A stretch of DNA of 54,979 nucleotides from an uncultured Bacillota bacterium (GCA_949290895.1 CASETU010000016.1:1-54979), one strand, 5' to 3'; counted from the first letter of the stretch, positions 1 to 10,048 are shown. Program-made: numbers and translations. The notes: generated by a model from the letters alone, not told the origin.

Positions 1-316
1 TCGACCCGTTGCGAATATCCCGTACCGTCCTGTATGCGAGCTTCTGCGTGAAGATATTCTGCAGCCATTCGCTGACGAAAATCACCGCCACCACGATCCC
101 GATCGCCACGGCGATTTTTCCGAGTTCCGCAAAATCGACATTGCCTGCCGACACGATACAATCCACGCCCTTCCCCGCAAGTACCGTGGCGAACAAAGAA
201 GAAAGCACGCTGATCAGAGAAAAAAACAGGCTTAAAAACAGATATTTCCGATTCGGGCGGATAAAACGGTAAAGACGTTTCAGAATTGCGAAATCAAGGG
301 TCTTTTTCTTCTTCAT
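1..316 (-). CDS. ABC transporter permease/ATP-binding protein, N-terminal fragment (continues past window start)
   Basis: ATG (rc) at 314-316 overlaps the stop of the upstream ABC gene (ATGA). My translation MKKKKTLDFAILKRLYRFIRPNRKYLFLSLFFSLISVLSSLFATVLAGKGVDCIV... matches the start of an MsbA/MdlB-type half transporter. The frame is open to the window edge, so it is absent from the ORF track. Confidence 0.8.
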   Translation of the reverse strand, partial: MKKKKTLDFAILKRLYRFIRPNRKYLFLSLFFSLISVLSSLFATVLAGKGVDCIVSAGNVDFAELGKIAVAIGIVVAVIFVSEWLQNIFTQKLAYRTVRDIRNGS

Positions 317-2031
317 TTCGCACCTCCTTCCGACTGCGACGCGCAGATCTCTTTATAAACTTCACAGTCAGACAGCAACGCTTCATGCGTTCCTTCTCCC
401 ACGATCTTTCCGTCGTCCATCACGAGAATCTGATCGGCGTTCCGGATGGCGCTCGCCCGCTGCGAGATAACGATCACCGTCGATTTGCAGCGCTCTTTGA
501 TCGCCTTGCGCAAACGGTAATCGGTGGCGTAATCGAGAGCGGACGCACTGTCGTCGAGCACCAGAATTTCCGGATTCCCGACCACCGCGCGCGCAATGGT
601 CATGCGCTGCCGCTGTCCGCCGGAAAGATTCCGTCCGCCCTGCTCGATGACCTTATCCAGGCCTTCCTTCCAACCCGCAAGCGTCTCTCCCATCTGCGCG
701 ACGTCGAGGGCGGCTTTGATCTCCTCGTCGGTTGCATCCTCCTTCCCCCATTGAATATTGCCGCGCACCGTGTTCTTGAAAAGCACCGCCTTTTGCGGAA
801 CAAGACCGAATTTTCCCCTCAACGCTTTGAACCGATATTCCTTGACCGACATCCCGTCCACGAGGATCTCCCCCTCGTCCGCGTCGTAAAACCGCTCCGC
901 AAGCGCGATCAAAGTACTCTTTCCGCTCCCCGTACCGCCGATTATGCCGAGCGTTTCCCCGCGCCGCAGCGTAAAGGAAATGTTTTCGACGGCATGATCG
1001 CCCCCGGAATGATAAGAAAAAGATACGTTTCTGAACTCCAGCACGGTATCCGGCTTTTCCGGATTTTCCTTATCTCCTTCCAGAAGCGCCGTTTTCATCT
1101 GCAACACTTCGTACACTCTGTCCGACGACGCGCTCCCGCTCGCCACCACGACGATGAGATTTGCAAACACCACCAGCGCCAGCAAGATCTGCGACATATA
1201 GTTGATCAGCGCGCTGACTTCTCCCTGCGTCAATGTACCGTCGTAAACGAATCTGCCGCCGTAAACAAGCACTAAGACGATCCCGAGATTGACAAAGACA
1301 TAGGTGACCGGATTGAGCAGGGAAGAAATGACGCCGAGGACCGACTGCATTTTCATAAGCCGCGCGTTCCGTTCCCGAAAATCCGCGATTTCCTTTTCCT
1401 GTCTTGCAAACGCGCGCACCACCCGTGCGCCGGCAAGGTTCTCCCGCGTCAGCCCGTTGATCTGCTCGAGGGAAAGCTGCACTTTCTTGTTGCGCGGAAT
1501 GGTAAGCGCCATAATCAGCCACACGAACAGCGCCATGATTGCGGTGACCGCCACAAAGATCAGCCCCAGTTTCCAGTCGATAAGCAGCGACGCGATCAGC
1601 GCGCCCGCAACGATGAACGGAGCGCGGAGAAACAACCGCAAAAAGCGGTTCACGCCTTTTTCCGCCTGATTGATATCCGACGTGATGCGGGTGATGAGCG
1701 TCGGCATCCCCAGCGCGTCCAGCTCCGCATGGGAAAACGAATTGATCTTCGCATACACGGCGGAGCGCAATTCCGTTCCGTAACCGTGCGCCGCCTTCGC
1801 CGCATAGTACTGCGCCACGATGGCGCACACCAACCCGAGACCCGCAAATACGATCAGAAACGCCGCGATCAGATAACAATACGCTCTGTTTCCGTTTACG
1901 ATTCCCACGTCGATCATCTCCGCCATCATGATCGGCACCACCAGTTCCAACGCCGCTTCAAAAAATTTGAAAAGCGGCGCGATCAGCGTCTCCTTTTTGT
2001 AATTTTTCAGATATTTGCGCAATTTCCACAT
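313..2031 (-). CDS. ABC transporter ATP-binding protein/permease (MdlB/MsbA-type exporter half)
   Basis: 572 aa. Hydrophobic N-terminal half, Walker A GGTGSGKST, signature LSGGQRQR, Walker B ILVLDDSASALD. Translationally coupled to a second half-transporter gene. Confidence 0.93.
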   Translation of the reverse strand: MWKLRKYLKNYKKETLIAPLFKFFEAALELVVPIMMAEMIDVGIVNGNRAYCYLIAAFLIVFAGLGLVCAIVAQYYAAKAAHGYGTELRSAVYAKINSFSHAELDALGMPTLITRITSDINQAEKGVNRFLRLFLRAPFIVAGALIASLLIDWKLGLIFVAVTAIMALFVWLIMALTIPRNKKVQLSLEQINGLTRENLAGARVVRAFARQEKEIADFRERNARLMKMQSVLGVISSLLNPVTYVFVNLGIVLVLVYGGRFVYDGTLTQGEVSALINYMSQILLALVVFANLIVVVASGSASSDRVYEVLQMKTALLEGDKENPEKPDTVLEFRNVSFSYHSGGDHAVENISFTLRRGETLGIIGGTGSGKSTLIALAERFYDADEGEILVDGMSVKEYRFKALRGKFGLVPQKAVLFKNTVRGNIQWGKEDATDEEIKAALDVAQMGETLAGWKEGLDKVIEQGGRNLSGGQRQRMTIARAVVGNPEILVLDDSASALDYATDYRLRKAIKERCKSTVIVISQRASAIRNADQILVMDDGKIVGEGTHEALLSDCEVYKEICASQSEGGAK

Positions 2032-2034
2032 AGT

Positions 2035-2184
2035 TTACCAGTCGTCCTTCGGCGTTTGCTTGATATCATCGTAAAACGCGAAATACTTTTCCTTTTCACT
2101 CATCTGCGGTTCCGGCTCTTCGTCAAACTCCACGCCGTCATCATCGTATTCGTCGCTCAGGCGCATCTTTTCATAATCATCCAT
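2035..2184 (-). CDS. hypothetical small acidic protein (49 aa), speculative
   Basis: My translation is MDDYEKMRLSDEYDDDGVEFDEEPEPQMSEKEKYFAFYDDIKQTPKDDW. The stop lies 3 nt before the ABC start at 2031. No clear SD; TTGACT and TAGTAT boxes lie upstream. Below the ORF-track size cutoff. Confidence 0.3.
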   Translation of the reverse strand: MDDYEKMRLSDEYDDDGVEFDEEPEPQMSEKEKYFAFYDDIKQTPKDDW

Positions 2185-2258
2185 ATACTATACTACCGTC
2201 TTTTATTTTACTTGAGTCAATTATTATACTTAATAAATATATATGTCTGATAAATACA

Positions 2259-2287
2259 AAAAAAGGCGTTTCAAACGCCTTTTTTTA
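2259..2287. terminator. bidirectional rho-independent terminator after rplQ
   Basis: Stem GGCGTTT/AAACGCC (2265-2271/2274-2280) flanked by an A-run and a T-run, directly downstream of the rplQ stop. Confidence 0.8.
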
Positions 2288-2797
2288 TCAGTCGATCAGT
2301 TCGAGAATCGCCATCTCTGCGGCATCGCCTTTTCTTTCGCCCAGTTTATAAATTCTGGTGTAGCCGCCTCCCTGACCTTTTTCTTCCTTTCTCGCCGCGT
2401 ATTTGGGAGCGAGTTCGTTGAAAATTTTCTCGATCAACGGATGGTTGACGTCCTTCGTTCTCGCCTTGTAAGCGGTTCTGTTTTCTTTCTCACCCTTGAT
2501 TTCCTGCAAATCGTTGAGTTTCGCCATAATGCGTCTGCGCGCCGCAAGTTTTTTGGAACCGTCCTTCACAACCGTCTTTACGCTTACCTTTCCTTTTGCG
2601 TCGGTCACTTCCACTTTTTCTTCAATGGTGTTTTCATAGGTATTCATCGCCAGCGTGATGATTTTTTCCGCATAGCTTCTCACTTCTTTAGCGCGGGCAA
2701 CCGTCGTTTCGATCTTGCCGTACCACAGAAGATACGATGCCTGATTTTTAATGATCGCTAATCTCTGCGTGGAGTTCACGCCTAATTTCCTTGGCAC
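2288..2797 (-). CDS. rplQ: 50S ribosomal protein L17 (long form, 169 aa)
   Basis: MPRKLGVNSTQRLAIIKNQASYLL...GGYTRIYKLGERKGDAAEMAILELID. GTG start 9 nt after AGGAGG. Last gene of the alpha operon. Confidence 0.95.
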   Translation of the reverse strand: MPRKLGVNSTQRLAIIKNQASYLLWYGKIETTVARAKEVRSYAEKIITLAMNTYENTIEEKVEVTDAKGKVSVKTVVKDGSKKLAARRRIMAKLNDLQEIKGEKENRTAYKARTKDVNHPLIEKIFNELAPKYAARKEEKGQGGGYTRIYKLGERKGDAAEMAILELID

Positions 2798-2801
2798 TTT
2801 C

Positions 2802-3749
2802 TTAGTCCTCCTTGTCTTTAAGCTTTAAGCCCAAGCTCTCTAATTTGAAAATTACTTCGTCTAACGACTTTTTGCCCAGATTGCGTACTTTCAGCATATC
2901 GTCTTCCGTCTTCTTCGTGAGGTCTTCCACCGTATGGATGTTCGCTCTCTTCAGGCAGTTATAAGAACGTACGGAAAGATCCATATCTTCAATGGTCATT
3001 TCCAGAATTTTGATTTTCTTATCCTCTTCGGGAGGTACGAGAATTCCGATGTTACCCACTTCGCTGAGCGTTACGAACATCCCGATGTGTTCCTGCATGA
3101 TCTTCGCCGCAAGGCTGACGATGTCTCTGCCGGAAAACGCGCCGTTCGTCCACACTTCCAGCGTGAGTTTATCAAAATCCACGCTCTGTCCGACACGCAT
3201 CGCTTCCACGTTATAGCTGACTTTCTTCACCGGCGTGTAGATGCTGTCGATGGGGATATTGTCGATAATATCGGTTTTGTTGTAAACCGCGCCTTTATAT
3301 CCTCTGCCACGCCCGATGGTCAGTTCCATATCGAGGACCGCACCGTCATCCAGCGTGCAGATATACTGATCGGGATTCAGGACCTCGATCTCCGCGTCGC
3401 CCGCGATATCGCGCGCCGTCACGACCGCCGGACCTTCCTTGAACAGTTTTACGTTCTTTTTGAAATTCTTATCCACGCTCGCCGTTTTGATGGCAACGCA
3501 CTTCAGATTGAGAATGATTTCCGTTACGTCTTCCTTTACATGGGGAATCGCCGTAAATTCGTGCTTGACCCCTTCTGCGAACTTCACGTTCGTGATCGCC
3601 GCGCCGGGAAGCGCCGACAACAAAATTCTTCTCAGACAGTTTCCGATCGTCAGTCCGAACCCTTTTTCCAAAGGTTCCACCACGATTTTGACATAACTTC
3701 TTTCTTCGTTTTCTTCCACCGCTATTTTCGGCATTTCAATTTCCATCAT
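2802..3749 (-). CDS. rpoA: DNA-directed RNA polymerase subunit alpha
   Basis: Track ORF 2802..3797 trimmed to ATG 3749 (MMEIEMPKIAVEENE...), which has AGGAGA 8 nt upstream. Alpha NTD and CTD motifs (SVRSYNCLKRANI). Confidence 0.95.
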   Translation of the reverse strand: MMEIEMPKIAVEENEERSYVKIVVEPLEKGFGLTIGNCLRRILLSALPGAAITNVKFAEGVKHEFTAIPHVKEDVTEIILNLKCVAIKTASVDKNFKKNVKLFKEGPAVVTARDIAGDAEIEVLNPDQYICTLDDGAVLDMELTIGRGRGYKGAVYNKTDIIDNIPIDSIYTPVKKVSYNVEAMRVGQSVDFDKLTLEVWTNGAFSGRDIVSLAAKIMQEHIGMFVTLSEVGNIGILVPPEEDKKIKILEMTIEDMDLSVRSYNCLKRANIHTVEDLTKKTEDDMLKVRNLGKKSLDEVIFKLESLGLKLKDKED

Positions 3750-3869
3750 AAGAAATTTCTCCTTGAAAAATAGTATTGATGCGGCCGTTCCGGGCATTCT
3801 TTCCGAAACCGTGGAATACGCTCCGTTTATCCCCCCGGAACCTGCCGTTTCTAAAAATTTTCGCCTTAA

Positions 3870-4493
3870 TTATTTGGAATACAACTCGACGATCAGGTGT
3901 TCTGCAATCTGCGCGTCGATGTCGTCTCTCTGCGGCAGCGCAATGATCTTGCCCGTCAGAGATTCGGGATCGAATTCCAGCCATTTCGGCATGGCGCCCA
4001 CTTTCATCTGCTTGATCTCCGTGAAGAATTTGTTATCCTTCTTCGTTTCCTTTACGGTGATCACGTCCCCCGCTTTCACGATATACGAAGCGACATTGCA
4101 AGGTCTGCCGTTTACCGCAAAATGCGCATGCGTCACGAGCTGACGCGCTTCCGCACGCGAAGAACCGATTCCCATTCTGTAAATTACGTTATCGAGTCTT
4201 CTTTCCAGAAGGGAAAGCATGTTTTCACCCGTAATTCCCTTCATTCTGTCGGCGCGCAGATAGTATTTTTTGAACTGGCTTTCCAAAACGCCGTAAATTC
4301 TCTTGCACTTCTGCTTTTCGCGAAGCTGTAAGCCGTATTCGGAAACTTTCTTTCTCGCCGCACCGTGCTGTCCAGGAGCCGTAGGTCTCTTTTCCAACGC
4401 GCATACGCCTTTATAACATCTTTCGCCCTTCAAAAAGAGCTTTGCGCCTTCACGCCTGCAAAGGCGGCATTTCGATTCGGTATATTTCGCCAT
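3870..4493 (-). CDS. rpsD: 30S ribosomal protein S4
   Basis: [26 protein letters not shown]..., 207 aa, in conserved alpha-operon position. Confidence 0.97.
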   Translation of the reverse strand: MAKYTESKCRLCRREGAKLFLKGERCYKGVCALEKRPTAPGQHGAARKKVSEYGLQLREKQKCKRIYGVLESQFKKYYLRADRMKGITGENMLSLLERRLDNVIYRMGIGSSRAEARQLVTHAHFAVNGRPCNVASYIVKAGDVITVKETKKDNKFFTEIKQMKVGAMPKWLEFDPESLTGKIIALPQRDDIDAQIAEHLIVELYSK

Positions 4494-4508
4494 TTCTTCT
4501 CTCCTCCG

Positions 4509-4907
4509 TTATACTCTGCGTCTTTTCGGCGGTCTGCACCCGTTGTGCGGAATGGGAGATACGTCCTGAATGAGCGTGATCTCGATATCGCAGTTGGTGA
4601 TCGCCCTGATTGCCGATTCTCTTCCGGCGCCCGGACCTTTTACAAAAACTTCCACCGAACGGAGTCCGTGTTCCTTCGCCGCTCTCGCCGCCGTTTCCGC
4701 CGCCTGCTGCGCCGCGAACGGCGTGCTCTTTCTCGAGCCCTTGAATCCCAGACTGCCGGCGCTCGACCACGAGATCACGTTGCCCTGCGTATCCGTGATC
4801 GTTACGAGGGTATTGTTGAAAGACGCCTGAATATGCACCTGTCCTTTATCGACCTTTTTGATGTCTTTCCGCTTTTTGACGATTTTCTTCTTTGTTGCTG
4901 CTGCCAT
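4509..4907 (-). CDS. rpsK: 30S ribosomal protein S11
   Basis: ...[30 protein letters not shown]..., 132 aa. Confidence 0.97.
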   Translation of the reverse strand: MAAATKKKIVKKRKDIKKVDKGQVHIQASFNNTLVTITDTQGNVISWSSAGSLGFKGSRKSTPFAAQQAAETAARAAKEHGLRSVEVFVKGPGAGRESAIRAITNCDIEITLIQDVSPIPHNGCRPPKRRRV

Positions 4908-4921
4908 CTTTCAAACCCTCC

Positions 4922-5302
4922 TTACTTCTTCGTAGCCGTCTTCTTCTTCGCAACCGTACGGCGGGGTCCTTTGCGGGTTCTCGCGTTGCGCTTGGAGCTC
5001 TGTCCTCTTACCGGCAGGCTCTTTCTGTGACGCACGCCCCGATAGCAGCCGATTTCCATCAGCCGTTTGATGCTGAGACTGACCTCACTTCTGAGATCGC
5101 CTTCTACATGTAAATTGTGTTCGATATATTCCCTCAGTTTGGATATGTCGTTTTCGTCCAAGTCCTTCACTCTGATGTCGGGATTGACTCCCGTTGCCGC
5201 CAGAATTTTTTTGGAAGTCGGCAAGCCTATTCCGAATATATAGGTCAGACCGATCTCCACACGTTTGTTGTTCGGCAAATCTACGCCGGCAATACGCGCC
5301 AT
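4922..5302 (-). CDS. rpsM: 30S ribosomal protein S13
   Basis: [26 protein letters not shown]..., 126 aa. Confidence 0.97.
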   Translation of the reverse strand: MARIAGVDLPNNKRVEIGLTYIFGIGLPTSKKILAATGVNPDIRVKDLDENDISKLREYIEHNLHVEGDLRSEVSLSIKRLMEIGCYRGVRHRKSLPVRGQSSKRNARTRKGPRRTVAKKKTATKK

Positions 5303-5458
5303 AAGTTCTTTAACTCCTCCGTAATTTTTTATGTTCTTTATGTTTTATCGTAAACCGCACGCTTTTCGCTCTGGAATGTAAGCCTTGACACGTACGGTGT
5401 GTTTTCGTTCCGGCGCGTTCGCGCCGTTCAATGTGAGCTTTTACGGATTCCGTTCCGC

Positions 5459-5575
5459 TCAGCCCTGTCTCTGCTTGTGGTTCTTATTCTTGCTGCAAAT
5501 CACCATGACTTTGCCGTTTCTTTTGATTACCCTGCACTTATCGCACATCGGCTTTACAGAAGGTCTTACTTTCAT
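5459..5575 (-). CDS. rpmJ: 50S ribosomal protein L36 (Cys-containing form)
   Basis: Not in the ORF track (38 aa). My translation is [38 protein letters not shown]. Sits between infA and rpsM as expected. Confidence 0.95.
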   Translation of the reverse strand: MKVRPSVKPMCDKCRVIKRNGKVMVICSKNKNHKQRQG

Positions 5576-5602
5576 TTTCCGTTTCTCCTTTTCAAGTTTA
5601 TG

Positions 5603-5824
5603 TTAATTCTTGCTCCGCCATACGATCCTGCCCTTGGTCAGATCGTACGGGCTCATTTCCAGTTTTACACCGTCGCCGGGAATGATCTTGATGTAATTCA
5701 TTCTCAGCTTTCCCGAAATGTATGCCGTAATAATATGCCCGTTCGATAATTTTACCTTGAAACTGGCGTTGGGCAATGCCTCCACTATCACGCCTTCGGT
5801 CTCTATGACGTCATCCTTAGACAC
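5603..5824 (-). CDS. infA: translation initiation factor IF-1
   Basis: [47 protein letters not shown]..., 73 aa. Confidence 0.97.
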   Translation of the reverse strand: MSKDDVIETEGVIVEALPNASFKVKLSNGHIITAYISGKLRMNYIKIIPGDGVKLEMSPYDLTKGRIVWRSKN

Positions 5825-5865
5825 AAACCGTTCCTCCTATTCCTACTTCTTTTTTTCCGTTTCCG

Positions 5866-6150
5866 TCAGCGGTCCGCAGCCGCTTCTGCATTTTTATACC
5901 GGCTCAGCAGCCGTTTCAGCCGCGCGTTTCCCACCTTCTCGCCGCGCTCTATTTGCCCGACGATCTCTTCCGGCAGTCTGCCCGCGTATTCCGTATGTTT
6001 TCTGTTTTTCTTTTTGGGCGTTTCCACCCTGCGCCGCGCGCCGTCGGCAAGATAGCAGAATCTGCCTTCCGTACGCATCACCGCAAAATATCCTCTATCC
6101 CGTCCGCAATCGCACTTTACCACGTCCCCGGCCACGACTTCCACGTACAT
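5866..6150 (-). CDS. KOW-domain RNA-binding protein (small conserved protein between map and infA in Clostridia)
   Basis: 94 aa, MYVEVVAGDVVKCDCGRDRGYFAVM... The position and KOW-like N-terminus fit the family seen at this site in Clostridia. Confidence 0.75.
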   Translation of the reverse strand: MYVEVVAGDVVKCDCGRDRGYFAVMRTEGRFCYLADGARRRVETPKKKNRKHTEYAGRLPEEIVGQIERGEKVGNARLKRLLSRYKNAEAAADR

Positions 6151-6159
6151 CCTCTCTCC

Positions 6160-6906
6160 TTACAAGGTCAGAATTTCCGTTCCTTCCCCGGTGATCAGCA
6201 CCGTGTTTTCGTAGTGCGCCGACGGTTTCCCGTCCTTCGTCGCCACGCCCCAGCCGTCGGCAAGAAACTTCACATACCGTTCGCCCATGTTGATCATCGG
6301 CTCGATCGCCAGCGTCATGCCCGCTTTCAGCCGGATCCCCGTGCCGCGTTTTCCGTAATTCGGCACCGACGGATCTTCATGCATCTTTCTGCCCACACCG
6401 TGTCCGACCATTTCCCGTACGACGGAAAATCCGTTTTCTTCGGCGTGTTTCTGCACCCGATACCCGATATCGCCGAGAGGCGAACCCTCGCTCAGATCCT
6501 CGATCGCCTTGAAAAAGCATTCCCGCGTCACGTCGATGAGCTTCTTTTTTTCCGGCGCGATCTCTCCGATGTAAAAACTCCGCGCCGCGTCGCCCACGAA
6601 TCCGTTTTTCACCGCGCCGACGTCGATGCTGACGATGGCGCCCGGACGGATGATCTGTTTTTCGTTCGGAATACCGTGTACCACCATATCGTCCAGCGAT
6701 ATGCACGTCGACGCCGGATATCCGCAATAGCTTAGAAACGCCGGCTCCGCACCGCAGTCCTTGATAAATTCAAACGCGATCCTGTCAAGTTCCGCCGTGG
6801 TCATCCCTTCCCGCAAACTTCTGCCGAGAAGATCGAGCACATCCCGCGTGATCGCGCACGGCTCGCGCATCGCTTCGATCTCCGCAGCGGTTTTCACGGT
6901 GATCAT
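6160..6906 (-). CDS. map: type I methionine aminopeptidase
   Basis: 248 aa, ...VVHGIPNEKQIIRPGAIVSIDVGA...MVGHGVGRKMHEDP... Confidence 0.95.
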   Translation of the reverse strand: MITVKTAAEIEAMREPCAITRDVLDLLGRSLREGMTTAELDRIAFEFIKDCGAEPAFLSYCGYPASTCISLDDMVVHGIPNEKQIIRPGAIVSIDVGAVKNGFVGDAARSFYIGEIAPEKKKLIDVTRECFFKAIEDLSEGSPLGDIGYRVQKHAEENGFSVVREMVGHGVGRKMHEDPSVPNYGKRGTGIRLKAGMTLAIEPMINMGERYVKFLADGWGVATKDGKPSAHYENTVLITGEGTEILTL

Positions 6907-7529
6907 AATGTGTTCAGCACCTCTTGCACCGCCGCAAAGACTTCCTCGACGGCAGCGTCTCCGTTCACGCTTTTCAGCACGCCTTTCCGCTGATAAAAAT
7001 CGATCAGCGACGCCGTCTGCGACGCGTATACGTTCAGTCTGCTTTGTACCGTCTCTTCGTTATCGTCCGCACGCGTGTACAATTTCCCGCCGCATTTCGG
7101 ACATATTTCGGTTTTGCCGATGACGCTGACATGAAACGATTCGCCGCATTTTTCGCAGCACCGCCGTCCCGTAAGCCGTCCGAGCAGCTTATCGAGCGGC
7201 ACTTCGATGTCGAGCACGCAGGTGATCTTCACGAACTTTTCAAGCGCTTCCGCCTGTGAGATCGTCCGCGGAAATCCGTCGAGTAAAAATCCCTTTTTGC
7301 AGTCCGCCCGCGAAAGACGTTCTTCCACCATCTTCACGGTGACGTCGTCCGGGCAGAGCTGCCCTTTGTCGATATAAGACTTCGCCAACACCCCCAAAGG
7401 CGTCTTTTCGCGCATGTTTTCGCGGAACATATCGCCCGTGGAAATGTGCGGCAATCCGTATTGTTCCGTAATGAGCGACGCCTGCGTTCCCTTTCCGGAA
7501 CCCGGCGCGCCAAGCAACACAATGTTCAT
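6903..7529 (-). CDS. adk: adenylate kinase (Cys4 zinc lid)
   Basis: MNIVLLGAPGSGKGTQA... Lid CCEKCG...CPKCGG. The stop overlaps the map start. Confidence 0.96.
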   Translation of the reverse strand: MNIVLLGAPGSGKGTQASLITEQYGLPHISTGDMFRENMREKTPLGVLAKSYIDKGQLCPDDVTVKMVEERLSRADCKKGFLLDGFPRTISQAEALEKFVKITCVLDIEVPLDKLLGRLTGRRCCEKCGESFHVSVIGKTEICPKCGGKLYTRADDNEETVQSRLNVYASQTASLIDFYQRKGVLKSVNGDAAVEEVFAAVQEVLNTL

Positions 7530-7531
7530 GA

Positions 7532-8809
7532 TTATTTCAAAAAGCCTTTATAATTCTTCATCATGATCTGCGATTCCAACGCCTGGTTGAATTCCAGCGC
7601 CACCGATACGATAATTAAAAGTCCCGTCGCGCTGAACGCCATCTGTAACGACGCGTCGATCGCTCTGAACACGATCGTCGGCACCAGCGCCACGATCGCC
7701 AGATAAATTGCGCCGAAAAGGACGATCCTGTTGGAAACGCGTTTCAGATAATCCGTCGTCGGCTTGCCCGGTCTCGTTCCCGGAATAAAGCCGCCGTTCT
7801 GCTGAATACTGCGCGAAATGTCTTCCGGCTTAAACTGAATGGCATTATAAAAATACGCAAAGAACAGAATGAGCAGACACATCACGACGATGTTGAGCCA
7901 GCTTCCGGTTCCCATGTTCCGCGAATACCAGTTGTCGCTCGATACCCCCACCAGATTGATGATGAGATCGGGGAACGACAGAATGGCAAACGCAAAGATC
8001 AGCGGCATAACGCCGGAAGAGTTGACCTTGATGGGAATGTGCGTCGACTGACCGCCGTACATTCTTCTTCCCTTGACCTGTTTCGCATACTGCACGGGAA
8101 TCTTTCTTTCCGCATCGTTGACCGTAACGACCGCCGCAAAGATCAGCACCGTCGCCACGAGGAACACCACGATGGTCCACGCCGCCTGCGGCGCTTCCCC
8201 CGTGAAAATGCCTATGACCGAATTGCCGAGCGTACAGATGATCCCGATGAAGATCAGCATGGAAATTCCGTTGGATACGCCGTAATCGGTGATCCTCTCA
8301 CCCAGCCACATCGTCAGCGACGCGCCCGCGGTGTAGATGATGACCAGGGCGATGTATCCCAGCCATTTCAGGTTTTCACCGAAAAGATTGTTCCATTCGA
8401 TGTTGCCGGAAAATCCGATGATAATTCCGATGGACTGCGCGATCGCCAGCAATACCGTGACGTAACGCGTGATGGTGGCAATTTTCTTTCTGCCCTCTTC
8501 GCCCTGTTTGGAAAGTCTTTCAAGCGCGGGAATCCCCACAGTCAAAAGCTGGATGATGATGGACGCGTTGATGTACGGTCCGATCCCCATGGCGAACAAC
8601 GTGCCGTATTGCAACGCGCCGCCGCTCACGGCACTCATAATCTGCAAGTAAGTAAAACTCTCGAGGTTCTCATCCGTCAGCAGTCCCGTGCCGATACCGG
8701 GAACGGGGATATAACAACCGATCCTGTATACCAGCAACAGCGCCAGCGTGATGAAGATCTTGCGCCTTACTTCTTTGATTTTAAATGCTTTCACTAATGT
8801 CTGAAACAT
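7532..8809 (-). CDS. secY: preprotein translocase subunit SecY
   Basis: 425 aa polytopic membrane protein at the conserved spc-operon position. Confidence 0.96.
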   Translation of the reverse strand: MFQTLVKAFKIKEVRRKIFITLALLLVYRIGCYIPVPGIGTGLLTDENLESFTYLQIMSAVSGGALQYGTLFAMGIGPYINASIIIQLLTVGIPALERLSKQGEEGRKKIATITRYVTVLLAIAQSIGIIIGFSGNIEWNNLFGENLKWLGYIALVIIYTAGASLTMWLGERITDYGVSNGISMLIFIGIICTLGNSVIGIFTGEAPQAAWTIVVFLVATVLIFAAVVTVNDAERKIPVQYAKQVKGRRMYGGQSTHIPIKVNSSGVMPLIFAFAILSFPDLIINLVGVSSDNWYSRNMGTGSWLNIVVMCLLILFFAYFYNAIQFKPEDISRSIQQNGGFIPGTRPGKPTTDYLKRVSNRIVLFGAIYLAIVALVPTIVFRAIDASLQMAFSATGLLIIVSVALEFNQALESQIMMKNYKGFLK

Positions 8810-8830
8810 TTCCGCCCTCCGTATTCGGGA

Positions 8831-9277
8831 TTATTCCACTTCCGCCGTACCGCCGGCCTTTTCGATGGCGGCCTTTGCCGACGCGGAAAATTTCGCCGCT
8901 TTCACGGTAAGCGCAACGTTGATTTCTCCGTTGCCAAGCACCTTCAGCCCCGCATCGTCCTTGACATACTTGACGAGTCCGTTTTCCAAAAGCGTCTCTT
9001 TGTCGACGACGGAACCGGCTTCAAAACCCGAAAGATCCGAAAGGTTGACGATGGTGTAAACTTTTTTGAAGTGATTGTTGAAGCCGCGTTTGGGCAGACG
9101 TCTGATCAAAGGCATCTGACCGCCTTCGAATCCGACTCTCACGCCGCCGCCGCTTCTCGCCCACTGACCTTTGTGGCCCTTGCCGCTCGTTTTACCCAAA
9201 CCGGAACCGATCCCTCTGCCGAGACGTTTTTTCGATGTCCTCGCGCCGGTGGCCGGTTGCAGTGTATCTATTCTCAT
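8831..9277 (-). CDS. rplO: 50S ribosomal protein L15
   Basis: [38 protein letters not shown]... Confidence 0.97.
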   Translation of the reverse strand: MRIDTLQPATGARTSKKRLGRGIGSGLGKTSGKGHKGQWARSGGGVRVGFEGGQMPLIRRLPKRGFNNHFKKVYTIVNLSDLSGFEAGSVVDKETLLENGLVKYVKDDAGLKVLGNGEINVALTVKAAKFSASAKAAIEKAGGTAEVE

Positions 9278-9290
9278 AGTCCGTTACTCC

Positions 9291-9479
9291 TTAAACTTTT
9301 TCCACTTTCAAAAGGTGCGAAACCTTTTTGATCATACCCTGAATACAAGCGTTGTCGTTGTGGATCTTAAAAGACCGGATCTTTTTCAGACCCAGCGCCG
9401 CAACCACGCTCTTCTGATACGGAGTGGAGCCGATGGTGCTCTTGACGAGCGTAACTTTTATCTGCTGATTGTCCGCCAT
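9291..9479 (-). CDS. rpmD: 50S ribosomal protein L30
   Basis: 62 aa, MADNQQIKVTLVKSTIGSTPYQKSVVAALGLKKI... Confidence 0.95.
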   Translation of the reverse strand: MADNQQIKVTLVKSTIGSTPYQKSVVAALGLKKIRSFKIHNDNACIQGMIKKVSHLLKVEKV

Positions 9480-9493
9480 AAAAGTTGACCTCC

Positions 9494-10015
9494 TTAACCT
9501 TTAATCTCTTCTATCGTCTTGCCGCGGAGCGCCGCGATTTCCTCGACGGTACGGAGGGCGCGCAATCCCTCGATCGCCGCCTTCACGCAGTTGATGGGGT
9601 TGTTCGTGCCGTAAGATTTCGTACGGATGTCCTTGATGCCGACGGCTTCCATGACCGAACGCACGGGGCCGCCCGCGATCACGCCGGTACCTTCTTCCGC
9701 GGGCAACATCAGAACGTCGCCTCTGCCGAACTTGCCTTTCACTTCGTGGGGAATACTCGTTCCCACAAGCGCGCATTTAAACATATTCTTTTTTGCTTTC
9801 TGCGTCGCCTTTTCGATCGCCTCGGGCACTTCGTTGGCTTTGCCCATGGCGCAGCCCACCTTGCCGTTGCCGTCGCCCACGACGACCAGCGCCGCAAAGC
9901 GCATATTCCGTCCGCCCTTCACAACCTTGGTGACGCGGTTCACGCAAATTAATTTTTTGATCATGCCGTCGTCGGCTTCCGGTCTGCGCGCAGGTCTGTT
10001 GTTATCTCTTGCCAT
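9494..10015 (-). CDS. rpsE: 30S ribosomal protein S5
   Basis: ...[30 protein letters not shown]..., 173 aa. Confidence 0.97.
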   Translation of the reverse strand: MARDNNRPARRPEADDGMIKKLICVNRVTKVVKGGRNMRFAALVVVGDGNGKVGCAMGKANEVPEAIEKATQKAKKNMFKCALVGTSIPHEVKGKFGRGDVLMLPAEEGTGVIAGGPVRSVMEAVGIKDIRTKSYGTNNPINCVKAAIEGLRALRTVEEIAALRGKTIEEIKG

Positions 10016-10048
10016 AACTCAAATTCCTCTCTTTTAGAATATTTTCGG

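Noticed and set aside
3750-3797. Longer N-terminal extensions offered by the ORF track (rpoA 3797, hydrolase 35491, DUF3343 43989, 45459, eda 49121, AEC 50208, serS 51628, zinc-ribbon 30240)
   Set aside because: In most of these cases an internal ATG matches the family N-terminus and has a GGAGG-type RBS. For eda and AEC the internal ATG matches the family N-terminus but has no clear SD, and for serS the SD (AAGGA) is weak. The extensions translate RBSs, hairpins or terminators.
5303-5458. Unusually long spacers inside the r-protein cluster (rpmJ-rpsM 156 nt; also rplF-rplR 93 nt at 10418-10510) as candidate regulatory leaders
   Set aside because: I found only short or weak stems (e.g. GGCGC-gaac-GCGCC) and no clear promoter or terminator by eye. 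I cannot support a call without covariation data.
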